Below are positions 27,601 to 42,100 of a stretch of 64,000 nt of DNA, in pieces. The stretch covers positions 28,768,001 to 28,832,000 of the forward strand of contig NC_043004.1 of the NCBI RefSeq assembly GCF_006345805.1, written 5' to 3'. The first letter of the stretch is position 1. The number at the start of each line of letters is the position of its first letter. The translations under genes and the position numbers were made by a program. Under the pieces are notes generated by a model. The model saw only the letters and a list, made by a program, of their open reading frames with translations, did no database searches and was not told the DNA's origin. This stretch comes from Octopus sinensis (taxonomy: Eukaryota).

Positions 27601-29716
27601 TATAACACACCAATGAGATTTACAATTTGTCGGACACCCTCGACTATACCGACAATGTATAATTCAACATAATATATTCTTTGGACCAGCCCGTAGGTGT
27701 TAAATACTCATGGGGTTGGTTTTCTCTGTGTACACAACCAGAATATCCTATTTAATACTTACCAACCATAGGCCAGAACCACAGGTTTATCCAACCCTAC
27801 CTGATTCATATCTTTTCAAGTACCTAATTCTATCAGAATCCTTATTTTACTATATATATATATATATATATATATACTGAACTACAAAAGAAATGTTGCA
27901 CTCTAATAGATTATTTATTTCACACATAATATTGAGATTATATGGATTTTATCACATTTCTAGGTAATTTGACATCGGGAAGATATTACTGACCACAACA
28001 CCACAATCTTTTGAAAACACAAGGATTGCATGTAGGGTTCGAACTCGTTCACTTCTTGTGAACATGGTAATGCTTGTGAATACATCTTTATGAAAAGCAT
28101 GATGCACGTGCAAAACATTGACTCATTGGGTATAAACAGCATCCTAGTTTACCAGCCTGATATTCGTTTCCAGAATGCAGCAAGCATGCCAAGACTGACA
28201 TGAAATCAGAAGGAGCAAGCCATCGGATGTCTCTATGCTGGTCAACATCCATGGGTCATTGCTAATGACTTGAACTACAGTATTCGGACAATTGAGGGGC
28301 TGAGGGAATGATACAATGCCACAAATAGCACAGATGATCATCCAGGCACCGACAGCACTTGCAGGACCAATTCCAGAGGGAAACAGAATCAGCTAGGCAG
28401 ATCATAAGCACTCACCACAGACTCATTAGTACAAAGACATTTCACCACTGGCTGAGATCTTTCAATGTCTTGTCAATGTCTGGCTAGGGGGCCCCATCCT
28501 CACAGATTGTTAACAATGGACACATCTGCAGTGGGCTCAAAAACGTCAGAATTGGTGATATCAGCAGTGGAGGACTGTAGTCTCCTCTGGCAAAAGTTGC
28601 TATTGCATTTCTGTGGCAGAGCTAGGGTTTGGAGAAGATGAGGTGAAAGTCATACCGATGGTTGTGTGGTGGAAAGAGACTCATGGAGAGGACAGAGCAT
28701 CGTGGTATGGGATGGGATTGTACTCAACCGAAACTTGGACTAGTGGTCTTCCAAAACATCGGCCAAGGCCAGGGCAATAGAGTAACTACTGCTTGCTACA
28801 TCAACCAAGTGTTGAGGCCTCATATTTTGTCATACTTTGCCCACCATCAGACTCATGTGTTCCAACACAACAACACCCATGCCCATACTGCCAGGTTGAC
28901 AACAGACTTCCTCCAACAGTACAACACCCAGACACTGCCATGGCCTGCCCTAAGTCCAGACTTGAACCCTATAGAGCACCTGTGGAACAACATCCAAAGA
29001 AGGCTAAATGACATAGGTCCAAGGCTGTCAACTGTGGTACAACCCACTGCAAGTTTTAACAGTGTGGGCTGCTATCCCCATGGCCTTCAATCAATTGGTG
29101 CATTCAATGTACAGAAGACACCTGGCGGCAATCAATGCTAATGGTGGTCACACACAAGTTATTGATCTGGAACACTCCATCACCATGTGACACCATGTAA
29201 CATGAAACATGTTTCAGGAAATGACGTCTTATTAGGTAAGAATGGTTTCTTAATTAGCACTCTTCAATCAATGCTATGCCAGTCTGTTTATAAACTGGTT
29301 TCTATTTAGTATGTGTACAACAATTCTTTTGTGGTTCAGTTTATATATCATTATGATCATCATTTAACATCCACTTTCCCTTGCTTGTATGGATCAGATA
29401 GAATTTGTTGAGGCAATTTTGGCTATAGCTAAATGTCATTCCTGTCTCCAGCCCATAGCTGTTTCAAAGCAAAGTAATATTTTCCTTTAGGCATAGGAGT
29501 GGCTGTGTGGTAAGTAGCTTGCTTACGAACTACATGGTTCTGGGTTCAGTCCCACTGCATGGCACCTTGGGCAAGTGTCTTCTACTATAGCCTCGGGCCG
29601 ACCAAAGCCATGTGAGTGGATTTGGTAGACGGAAACTAAAAGAAGCCTATCATATATATGTATATATATATGTCCAACCCATGCCAGCATGGAAAGCGGA
29701 CGCTAAACGATGATGA

Positions 29717-29759
<43 letters not shown>

Positions 29760-32700
29760 GTGTGTATATATGTTTGTGAGTCTGTGTCCCCTCCCCCCAA
29801 CATCGCTTGACAACTGATGCTGGTGTGTTTACGTCCCTGTAACTTAGCAGTTCAGCAAAAGAGACCGATAGAATAGGCACTAGGATTACAAAGAATAAGT
29901 CCTAGGGTCGATTTGCTTGACTAAAGGCAGCACTCCAGCATGGCCACAGTCACATGACTGAAAGAAGTAAAGGAGTATAGGTAGATATGTTTCCCCACAG
30001 ATAACTAGAAATGAAGCTCACTTGTATGATGGTAATGCTCGTTTACAACCATCACGTGATGTCTGGGCAAAGTTGCACAAACACACACACACACATATGA
30101 CAGGTTTCTTTCAGATTCTGTCGAACAAATCCGGTTACAAAGCTTTGGCTGGTCTGGGGCCATAGTAGAAGACACTTGCCATAGGTACTGAACTCATGAC
30201 TATATGGTTTAGAAGCAAGCTTCCTGTTTGTGCAATTGAAAAGCTTGCTTCCCACTCTTGTGGTCTCAAGGTTCAGGCTTACCATGTGGCATGTAGGGCA
30301 AGTGCCTTCCACTATAGCCCTGGGCCAACCAAGGCCTTGTGAGAGGATTTGGTAGACAGAAACTATGAGAAACCAGATTTGGAGCAACAGCAGAAGTACA
30401 AGTTAGGGGGGCAAAGGGTGGCAAAAATATAGGTTGGGTAGGATACAACTATAAGACTACAATAAAATTATTTAGTCAGAAGTAAACCATTATACTCAGT
30501 ATTTATTGACCAGAAGAAAAAAAACCCACTCTCTGATCTGGTCACTTTAGAAGCTAGGAGTATCTGAATCATTTGTGAAAGCTGTACAAACCATGCACAG
30601 GGTTACAATCTGTAAGGTGAGAGTTAACTGATGAATTAAAAGTAGAGGTAGGTGTTCACCAGAGCTTGGGTCTCAGTTCCCTCTTCTTCATCACTGTCCT
30701 CCAGGCTCTAACAAAGGAATTTAAGACCAGCTAACCTTGGGAACTACTATATGCTGACAACTTTATTCTTATAGCAAAATCTGTAATAGATTTAGATAAA
30801 TTCAAAGTATGGAAGCAAAACTTGGAATTAAAAGGCCTCAAAACTAACTTAGAAAAGACCAAAGTTCTACAAAGAAATGTGTAGGCAGGAATTCCAAACA
30901 GTGTACAGAGTGCAAGTTATGGAGAAATGCATTGGAATCAAGAAAAAATAAAGAAAGTAGTGTTTGTATGTGGAAGATGCTAAGGAGAATTGGATTTTCT
31001 CAAATGTGCAGGATGATCCCTAAGGACAGTAGATAGTTTCTGTTACCTAGATAATTTAATGGTGGAAGAAGATATTTGGAGAGATAGTCACTAGAGTAAG
31101 AATAGGGTAGAGAAAGTTCTGAGAATTATTACCCATGTTGGTAACAAAATATTTCTCAGAGTGAAAAGCAGATTGTATGATACCTGTGTACAAACAGTAA
31201 GGCTACATGATAGTTAGATGCAAGCCCTGAATGCAGAAGATATGTGATGACTAGAAAGGAATGAGGCAAGCACCCTTCATTGGATGTGCAATGTATGACA
31301 AAATACAAATGAGAGAAAAAAATGAACGTAAGTGGAATCAGATATATGTACAAAAGAGAAGATTGTACTGGTGTGGTGACATGTATGAATGAGACCAGCT
31401 ACATAAAGAAGTGCCAATCACTTAATGTGAACAGGTTCTGTGAAAAAGGAAGATGTAGGATGAAGTTTACCAAGATGTTGAGTCTCACAAAGGAAATGAC
31501 AAAGGACTAAGATGAGTAGCAATTCACTGAACTTGAAAAGGCCAATCTGCCATGACAAAAGTGAGATCCTAAAAGTACTGGCTTTACATAATGAGGAAAT
31601 AATCATAATATGTGATAGATCTATTGAAGTAGTATGTACTATGAGCACACTAGAAATAAATTCTCCTAAATGCCCAGATGGCTCACTAAAAGCAGTAAAT
31701 AGCTTTTGTTATCAAGGATACATAATTAGCAGGAGGAGATGGTTGTTCTGAAAACATAATAGCCTGGGTAAGAATGAGAACAAAAAAGTCCAGGGAGCTA
31801 CCAATGCTACTGGCAACAAAGGTGCTAACAAAATGCAGCATATCAGGTACTGAAGCGATCCTCATCAAAATACAGCTTAGATGGTCAGGACATCTCTCCA
31901 ATATGAGTGATATCAGAATTCCAAAGCAACTTCTCTTTGGCCAATTCCCAATAGGAAGGTCAGTTGAAAGGCCACTGTTGTGCTTCAAAGACGAACTAAA
32001 TGACAATCTGAAGCAATGCAACACTCTCTTTTCTTCCTGAGAAAACAAAGCATCAGAGTGTAGGACCTGATGCCTCTGAATGAAAAGTAGACCATATGAT
32101 GCTTGTGCTAGAACTGTGAAGCTGCATGATAGTCAAACATATGCCTTGAATGAACAAAACTTGAGAAGACTAGAATAAAATGAAGCTAGCATGCTCTGTT
32201 GGATGTGCAGTGTAAGTGTGTGTGAACAACGAAGTACAAATGTATTGAGAGAAAAACTGGGGATAAGAATAAGATGTAGTGGTGCAAAATTGAATGCTAC
32301 ATTGGTATAGACATGTGAAGCATATGGTGGAGGACAGCCTTATAAAGAAGTGCTAGTTACTTAATGTAGCTGGAACTCCAAAAGAGAGAGACCCAGGAAG
32401 ACAGGGAATGAAGTAGTGAAGGCTCAATTCAGAATCTAGAACCACAGTGTAATGAGATCCTTATATATATATATATATATATATATAAATTAGAGAAGAA
32501 CTACCATGTAGCAATTCAACAATGATATACTTAAATCATACCATATAGAAAAAAATTAACGATACAATAAAACATTTACCTGGAATTAAATAAAGTACGA
32601 AATAATAAATAAATAGTATATAATTTGCAGGTGGCACGTAAAAAGCACCCACTACACTCTCGGAGTGGTTGGCGTTAGGAAGGGCATCCAGATGTAGAAA

Positions 32701-33023
32701 CTCTACCAGATCAAGACTGGAACCTGGTGCAGCCACCTGGCTCACCAGCCCTCAGTCAAAATCGTCCAACCCATACTAGCATGGAAAACGGATGTTAAAC
32801 GATGATGATGATGAATTTGTATATATTTCATACTTTATTTAGTTCTAGGTAAATGTTTTATTGTATCTTTAATTTTTTTCTATATGGTACGATTTAAGTA
32901 TATCATTGTTGAATTGCTACATGGTGGTTCTCTAATTTATATACATGTAGTATATATTGTGAAACTTGATTTAGTATTACTAAATTGAATTTTTCCCTGT
33001 AAGTTTGGAATCATATTCCCTAA

Positions 33024-33103
<80 letters not shown>

Positions 33104-36100
33104 TATATATATATATGCACAACAGGGACTCCTCACGTAATTTCTTCCTGAAGCCAACACCACCACCCATCATTTCGCTAATTGCAGTATTCTGCTGCTG
33201 AAATAGACGTGAGCAGAACCACATACTTCTCCAGATTTTCTCTGAAACCACTAATCTTTCTTACTACTCAGTAACTTCTCACCTGATATCCATTCATTAT
33301 TCTTATTACTGTCTATCTGCACCCACATTTTATATTGATTACCCTTCTATACTACTGAATTATTTCTCCTCCTCAGCCATAATATATTTCTCATTCTCCC
33401 CTTGCACTATGCCTGCCTTTCCCTTCACACTCTTGCAACCTACACAACCACACACATCATCTTTCTTTCTCACATCCTTCCCTTGTCTAATGAATTATTA
33501 TTATTATTATTATTACTATTCTATTGTTCTTGAGCATTTTCTGCACTACCATATACAACTCTCCCTTATCTCATCCCAACTCGTATGCAGTATTAATCAC
33601 CTCCATCCTTACCCACCCTTCAACCGTACTGGGTAGGCTTCAGGGGTGAATAAGGTAAGGAAGAGTAGGTGATCTCTACAGTTATCATTTACTCTTCTTT
33701 ACCTTCCTTCCTATCAACATATACTTATCCTTCAACACTTGTTCTTCATTATATTCACCTCACCCTTCATTCCACATACCACATCACCTTTCACTTTCCC
33801 CATGTACTCTTGCAACTTATACCCACCTACACTACCTGTTCTTGTGTCACCACTCACTTTTACTCTCCTTGTGCCTCAAAGTTTCACCCTCATATCTCAT
33901 CATCACTCCGGTTACTCCCACCTGTTCTTCTTTAATGTGAACAGCCATTTAGTTCCTCTATAACAAGAAAAGTGCTCTGTTATGATCCCCCCTCTCGTAT
34001 ACTTCTAGCATAAAGCTACCTTTCCCTCTCCTGTAGCTCCACCCAGTTGACAGAGGTTGTTATCTTGCAAGCTGCATGGTGACCTCACTAGTGCTAGTGT
34101 CACAAAAAAGCACACAGAAAATGCTGTAAAGGGCATTCAACTGCAGAAACTATGCCAAAGCAGACAGTGGAGCATGATGCAGTCCTCTGAGCCATTACAA
34201 TCTGTCAAACCATCTAAACAATGCTAACATGGAACATAAACATCAATATAAGATGAAGACGGTGATACTGATGAAATATCTAAACATTTACCACTATAAA
34301 CAAAATGAGAACTCTAATATTAAATCAGATATGTAAACTAGTGAAAGATGGCATATATTTATACATATGTATATGTATGTGTAGAGCTTCAGCAAGTGAT
34401 AATGACAGAGGCATTTCCTGGCATTTTAGTGGAAAATTGGGATTCAATTTTTGTAATGTAATATGCACTGTTGTTAATAACATCAATCAGAAATTAGGAG
34501 ATTAAGCTTATAATTGCTTTGAAGTTTGAAACATGTCTTACTGTTCAAGAGCAGATGGGGTGAAGTACAAGTATCTTTACTTTGATATATATAGGGATTT
34601 TATTTTGGTATTGTTGAAAGAGTCTGGGTGGCAATGTTTACACTGAATAATGTTCTGAAGGCTTCTGGTAATGAAAGCAATGAATGTTTGGATGTGGATG
34701 ACTTTTGTATGCAAAAAGTTGGAGAAAAGTTAATGGCAGTATTATCTGCAAATGTATGCTTATAACTAGAAGTGATATTAGGTAGGTAATTAATATATAC
34801 AGAAATATGCATGTTGGCAATAAAATTGGTTTTCACATTGCAGCAGAACTGATAGAGTGACAGTCAGGGAGCAAATATTGTAGTCTGTTAGCATCAATCC
34901 AACATTTGAGAGACAGATGAATAAATACAAACAAACGTAGTGTCAAAAGCAAAGAAATACTGATGAGTGAGATAACACAAGTGTACAGTTGATGGCTGTT
35001 CATCAATTTTCAGGTGTTAGTGAGACTGGAAGAGAGTTAAAGAGGAATTTTGTAGAGGACATACTGTTATTGAGGAAAAGTGGGCAGTAAATGTGGAAGC
35101 TCTTTTCAATACGTATTGACAAATGGTGCATTTAAGTATCTGTAATTGGAAGTGCACCAACAAATTTAGAGGAAGTTTAGAGTATGTATTGGCATTTGTG
35201 TTTCTTGCTGGAAGTGAATGCAATATCTACATATTGCTTCTACCATTAAAAGAGATCAATATGGCACCAACATTCTAGGCTTTTGACTGGACTTCCATGT
35301 TTTAAATGAAGTAAAATGGTCCTGGTATTTATGAAATAAAGCAAAATGAATTGTGTATGAAACAGAAACTGATTGTATGTCATAATCTTTTAGTGACCAA
35401 AAAGATAAGGAGTAGACTAACTTATATGTTTTCAGCTAAAATATATTCTTCCCCAAGCTTCACACAACCAAGCTACTTGGAATAGGAATTAGACTATTGC
35501 TATGTTCACCAAGTACAGATTACATTGTCATCAACATTTTTAACCCACTAGAAACTGGATTTAAGCAATTACATCATGGAGTCCTACATGCCTTGACAAT
35601 AAAAACTAATACCCAGATACACACACATGCATGCACTACATTACAAAAACAAATGCCTGTAAACTGAAAACAAACAAAAACAAATTACCTGGTTCTTTGT
35701 GTTTCCATTCAGATTTTCACGAGTTAAAAACCGTATTCTCTCTTCACTGTAACTACAAAAGTAGATAGTTAAAAAGTTCAAATCAGATTACTGACTAAAA
35801 AGTGTTTATATAACAATCTAAATAACAAAAACATTTTCACTTAACTGATAGTAACAAATAGAGACAGAAAGATATTGTTATTTTAGTTCATCATAAAATA
35901 GTTATTGATACTGTTCTTAGAATTAATATCATAATGATTAATTATGAATTATTAGTTACAAGTTTACAAAGCCAAAAACATATCTTTGGATCCAATTGTG
36001 CTTATATTGAGGACTATAGATTTCCACTGCTGCTCTATTAATAGGACATTTCAACCAAATAGCTTATATACTTTATAGAACCATTACAACCCATAATTTC

Positions 36101-39100
36101 ATACTTACATTTAACATGTAAATGAAAATAAATATATTTCTTTACTAAATAGCATAGGCTAATAAGTGAGCATTTACAAGAGAATTCAGTCAGAAATTGC
36201 AAACAAATACCCTTCATACTACACTGTGCCATCTTAAATAAAGGGTAATTGAATAATGTAGTTCTTAGACATAAACATGAAAACACTTGGCTGTCATACT
36301 GGAAGACTTTCCATCATATATATTTGTTCAATTAAAATTGAACTAGGGCTAATCAGCAAATAAAAACTGCTGCCATTTTTAATGGTGTTGCAAAATACGT
36401 ATCCTACAATTTACCCAAGATGTAAATAGGACACAAAGAGATTCCAAGATCATATATTTCTTACAGCAGGTGCATAATTAAATGAAATGAAATTCGACAC
36501 AGTATTTGAAACCCTCTAGAATTGAAGGACTATTTCTAATAACCCACATATAAGTTTTAACAACACTAAAGACTTTTGGTACCAACAGCATAACTAATAC
36601 ATACATACATACATATATACATATTTATATGCACATATATAAGCATATGTATACATGCATATACACAATAATATTGGAGAAGAAGAAACAACGCGTGGCG
36701 TTCAATCATATAACAATTTAATAAATAAAACATGCATATATTGCATATTATTCACTTAAAAGTAAAGAAAGCCCACTGTTTACAGCAGAGGTTATAGCTC
36801 TCTGAACTTTTATCACCCTGTTCTTATTCTGGTTACTATACTTTCAGAGCCTCCTCTCTCACTACTGATTAGGTTGTCAAGATAACAAATGTTATCAACT
36901 ACTATTGAGCTTCCTAAACATTGGGAAGAATTTATTTTATTTATGTTCTGATTACCAACAAGTCATGTATATCTGTAACAAAGAAAGTTGTTTACTGACA
37001 GCCTGTTTTCATCACATTTAGTGTACACTCATAGATCATGTTAAATAATACTCCACATGAAATTTCTACTAACTCATGGTCTGCACACCAAACAGGGCCA
37101 CTTCTCTGATAGTAGCAGGGTCTTATCTTTTTTCTCACTTACCAGAGCTTTAGTTTTTGCCAAGTTTACACTAAAGCCTTTCTATTCTAGAGTTCGCATC
37201 TGCATTTAGAATTTCTTCAACAGCCATCCACAGTCTCAGTTATAATAATTGTTATTGACATATAAGAGTTCCAAAGAACAGACAGTCTTAAACTCTTCAG
37301 TTGTTGATTGGAGAACTATAATATATGGAAGCAGGTTGAGAATTGAGCCTGGATGTATACCAACCTGCAAGTTCAATTTTTGTCACTCAACTTAAACTCT
37401 CACTTAGTTCACTGCATCTTTGTATGTGGCTTTAACTGTTCTCAGCTGCCCTTCATCTACACCTCGTTTTCTGAAAGGCTATCAGGCTATAGATTGCAAT
37501 GCTTTGTCAAAAGCCTACTCCAGAACAATTGATACTAGAAGCTTAATATGAGCTAAAAATTTCTCTTGCCTCCCGGGGAAGAAAGCAATCTGGAACAAAT
37601 CAGAATCGAATCTCATGTAAGTGAATTTTTTCCTTAAACAACTGAGCTAAGATGGTTCTTTCCTAACTTAGCCAATGGGTTAGATACCTCTGTAGTAGTT
37701 TCTTTCTTTCTAAGGCATCTACTTGTGGCAGCTGATGATTATACAGCTATGCATGTCACTAGGGTTGGAACTTTTCTGTATTACCTGGCTTACTATGTGA
37801 GTGAGTTTCTTGAGTACTACTTCATTAAATTTTCAGCATCTCAGTGAAAATAACTGATTGAGCTGCTTCACATTCTTAATATTCATTTTGACCATGTAAC
37901 ATCCCTTCAATAGCTGACTTTTCTGTTGATTATTATACTTGGTGTAGATCTTATTTACACATAATTTCAACATTTCAAAGTTTCTTCTTTCTTTTCTTTG
38001 CAGTGTAGCCCCATTTTTACACATACACATGGACAAATGAAAGACACACACTCAATACACGAAGTAACATTTAATTATTTGTTAGAATTTGTTGATCCAC
38101 TATAAAACTATGAGTTTCTCACCTGGGATAGATATCACAGGTGCAAGGAACAAAGAATAAAGCAGTGTCATTTGTGCATTTGCATACTCGTTCTGATGGC
38201 ATTAGAGTTAAATAAAATATAGAATCTAAACTGTTTCAACACACACACACACAACAAAAAGAAAAGAAAAGAAACGAAAAACAACACTGAATGTAAAACT
38301 GAGAAAACTTATAAGTAAAACATTAGGTACTTACCCAGTGAGAAGTTCCAGTGAAAGACTAACCCTCTCATCTTCAGTGTAAATGAGACGTTCAATTGCT
38401 TCATCACCTCTATCTTCACCTGGAGTCTGTGCTGTGTGATTGCCTAAATGTACTAAAAACCATACAGATGCAGTTGATTATTAACAAATAACCCCCACAA
38501 CCTACCCATAAGTGTAGATTCTTAAATACAGTCATTATCAGAGGAATTGACAGAAACTTGCACAGCAGTTTAGGATTCCTACACACCCACAGCATGTCTT
38601 GGATTATGACAATATTTGGCAGCTTGGGTCAATGTACTTGTAGACTGCTAACTGTAATAGTTAGTTAGTTAATTTTTTGGCTCAAAAAGCAAAAAGCAAG
38701 GCCATGTAGGGGGACATGGAATTATGTACAGGGTGGTGTTCATGTAAAGAGTTCAGGCCACTTGAGGTCAAGGGAGACTTTGAACCGAGCGGTCGTCGGC
38801 ATCTTCACCATCTTGTCTGGCAGCTTATTCCACGGATCTGCAACCCTGACAGAGAAAGCCCCTCTCCTTTGATTGAGATAAAATCATCGCAGATAGAGCT
38901 TTTCGGAATGACCCCGCAGCCGACGCTCTGGAGCAGGAGTGAAGAACAACTCTTTCGAGAGGTTACACTTTCCGCTTATGATGTTGTAAGCAAGAATGAG
39001 ATCTCCACGGCGTCGTTGTTTTTAGTCAAATCTGACTTCAGTATATCACTGGTAGTCATTTTAACTATGGAGTTAGATTGATTAAAGGCAAAATTGTTTG

Positions 39101-42100
39101 GCTCTGAATGAATTTGGTGGTAAAAATAAAATTGTAAAGTATGTAATTTGTCTTTCTACTAGTTCTACAAGTTCTACCAACATACCACTTTAACCATTTA
39201 TGTTAACACGAATAAATATGAAAATGAAAATCATACCTTTGTGGCTGGCATAGAAATCTCGACGACGTTTCATCTCATCTGAAATGTAGAAATAAGAAGT
39301 TGCAGATGAATATAGCAAATAAATGGATAAAGAATGAGGATTTCATTTTTACAAGGCAAGAAGCCTATATAATCTATAAATTGCAGGTATGGGATGATGT
39401 GATGCTGAAGCTTTTCCCAAAAGGTCATCAGTAACATATGTAAAATGAAGCAACAAGTTAAACTTGGAATCAGAATTATGCTTGCAGAAGCTCTCTGTCT
39501 CTCTTTATGAAACAGAACTAACTTTTGATAAGTTAAGTCCATTTTAACTAAAATCTTAAATCACTCAGCAAAATTCGATATCAAAAAGATTAAAGACAAC
39601 ATCAAAACTATGCTGAAATTAAAAAAATAAATGCATTCAATCAGATACTTTGACTGAGCTTGCCGCATAGCTTGACTGTGGTCATAGTATATTACAGCAG
39701 ATAATGAAAAGCTTTGTTGGAATGTGTATAAGACAATGGCTGACACCCGATTTGAAGAAAAGAAAGGTGGAAGCCTGCTCTAATCTGTTGATAGCACTTG
39801 AAGCAAATGAGGACAATTTTTCTGATTTGGTCACAGAGAGTGAAAAGTGACCGTATCTTCATGATCCAGAAATGATGGTTCACTCCATAGAAAGGTGTCA
39901 CACTTCTTCTCCATTTAAACAATTTATGTCAATTAATGGAAAAGTTATGCCTATGTTTACATTACTTTTGGTAATAACTTTTGAAAGTTTTTGGTAAGTG
40001 ATAATTAATGTTGGTATTATAAAGCGGCCTTTTGCCACTGTTGTATGTCTTTGTATGATGGTTGTTGCTCTAACAGATATTGTTATATTCTGAAGTCATC
40101 AAAAGTATGGTTCTATCTGGCACTGTATGACCCCCAGTTGTATAGTGTTATTATCCTCCAAATCATTACAATGTCCACTCAGTATCACAGTATAATTACT
40201 ATATCGGCACAGACATGAGTATCAACACATTCTACACATACTCTCTCGATACTGGCTGACGTTACCTTACTTATAGTGACCGACTCATTCCACTTGTCAC
40301 GTGGGAGGAGTGTACCATTATTACTAATTCCCTACATCTCCCCTTCTAAGGTTTTCTTAGGAAATGTCATTTTATTTAGCAATAATATTTCTATTCACCC
40401 TACCTCCCTTTTTGGAATTGTTTTTCCCCCGAACAATTTAATATTTTTTCTCTTGGCATCTATTTTCAGAACTCTGTAAGTTTACTTTTCTTTTCACTAT
40501 TACGCCTGGGTTCAATCACCTGCAGTGGCGTTGGTACTTGGAACATATCGTACAACCATTCTGTCAGTTCCTCCAACTTCTTTGGTTCACTTTCCATAAA
40601 TCTCTTTTACAGTTGGTTCCTGTGTCTCTTTTGTATGTCTTTTCTACTTTTTACCAAATATGTCATTTTACTTATGTATTTGGTAATTTTGCACTCTTCC
40701 TAGTTCTGCTTTTCATTTTTGCATGTCCTCATATACACTTTATCACCAACTTCAAAAAAATCTTGCTATGTTGTCCCTGGCACTTTTTTCTTTTCTTTCC
40801 AGGTAAAAATTTATCAAAAACTGACTTTGTTTTCCTTGCAAACATCAGCTCCACTAGTGAGCAACCTGCTGGTGTATTCAGATTTGGTGTTACACGGTAC
40901 ACTCTTAGAAATTGTTGAAGACCTACCGCATCCGTGCTTTCCTTAAAGCTCTTTTGAAGGTATCAACAAAGCGTTCTGCCTGTCCATTAGATCTGAGATG
41001 GTATGATGCTGTAGTTATGTTCCACTGTGAACATTTGACAAAATTTTAAAAATTTGCTAGACACAAATGGCGTACCATGGTCATCAATTACTTGTCCTAA
41101 GTTTGTTTTTTTTTCCAGCAAGAGTTCACACTTTACTTTCGTTAATCTGAACCCATATTTGCTTATTTTCTTGAATACTCTTTTAATATGTTTTAAGTGT
41201 TGCTCCTGTGACTTACTCTTTATCAAAATATCATGCTGACAGGCAAAAACGAAATCACAATCACTCAGCATTGCATCCATCATTTGCTAAAATATGGCAG
41301 GAACCACTTTTATTCTGAAGGGAAGCCATTTAAACGGTGTATGTTGATTGTTAACAAATGTGTGCATTCTTCCACTACTTGTATTTGTAGATATGCCTCT
41401 GGGAGGTCTAATTTAGAGAAGAATTTCCCTCTATTTAATTTTGCAAACACTTCTTCCAGATTGGGCAAAAAGTCTGCACAGGCTCATAGTTTGTTATTTG
41501 TGAACCCGATCTATGTTCTTTGTTAACCCAGTCTATTTCCACAAATGGCACATTCTGTTTGGGCCTAAAGACCGGTGTTGTACCTTGTTTTACTGTGATC
41601 TTAGCTTTTGTTTTTGTGCAGCAACTCAGTTCTTCCAAAAACATCTGGAAATAATTAAAAAAATTTTTTGCCTCAGTATTTTGGCCTCTTTTGAACATTT
41701 GACTGACCCAAATACATTTCCACACAGAAAGCTTAAGAGTGCATTCCGCAATTTAAATAGTTCCATCCATTCTCTACTGAATAAGTTAAGGGAATCTTTC
41801 AACACATAAATCTTTACTTTCATCATTTCACCCCGAAAAGTTACATTGCATTCAAATTCACAGAAAAAATATAATTTTTTTCCTGTAACACCATGTGCTA
41901 CCATTTTAGATTTAATTAAATTCAGCTTACCAGCATATTTCCACATTTTTTGCGTTTATAATAGTAATGTCACTACCTGTGTCCAACTGCATTTCAACAG
42001 TTGTATTTCTGATTTTCACCTTTACGAATTTTCTCAGCTTTAAATTCTTCCAATGACATACCTTTTTCTGACATTTTATAAGCTTCATTCTACAATGAGA

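Noticed and set aside
29490-29570. tRNA gene
   Set aside because: The A/B boxes run straight into a SINE body; no complete cloverleaf
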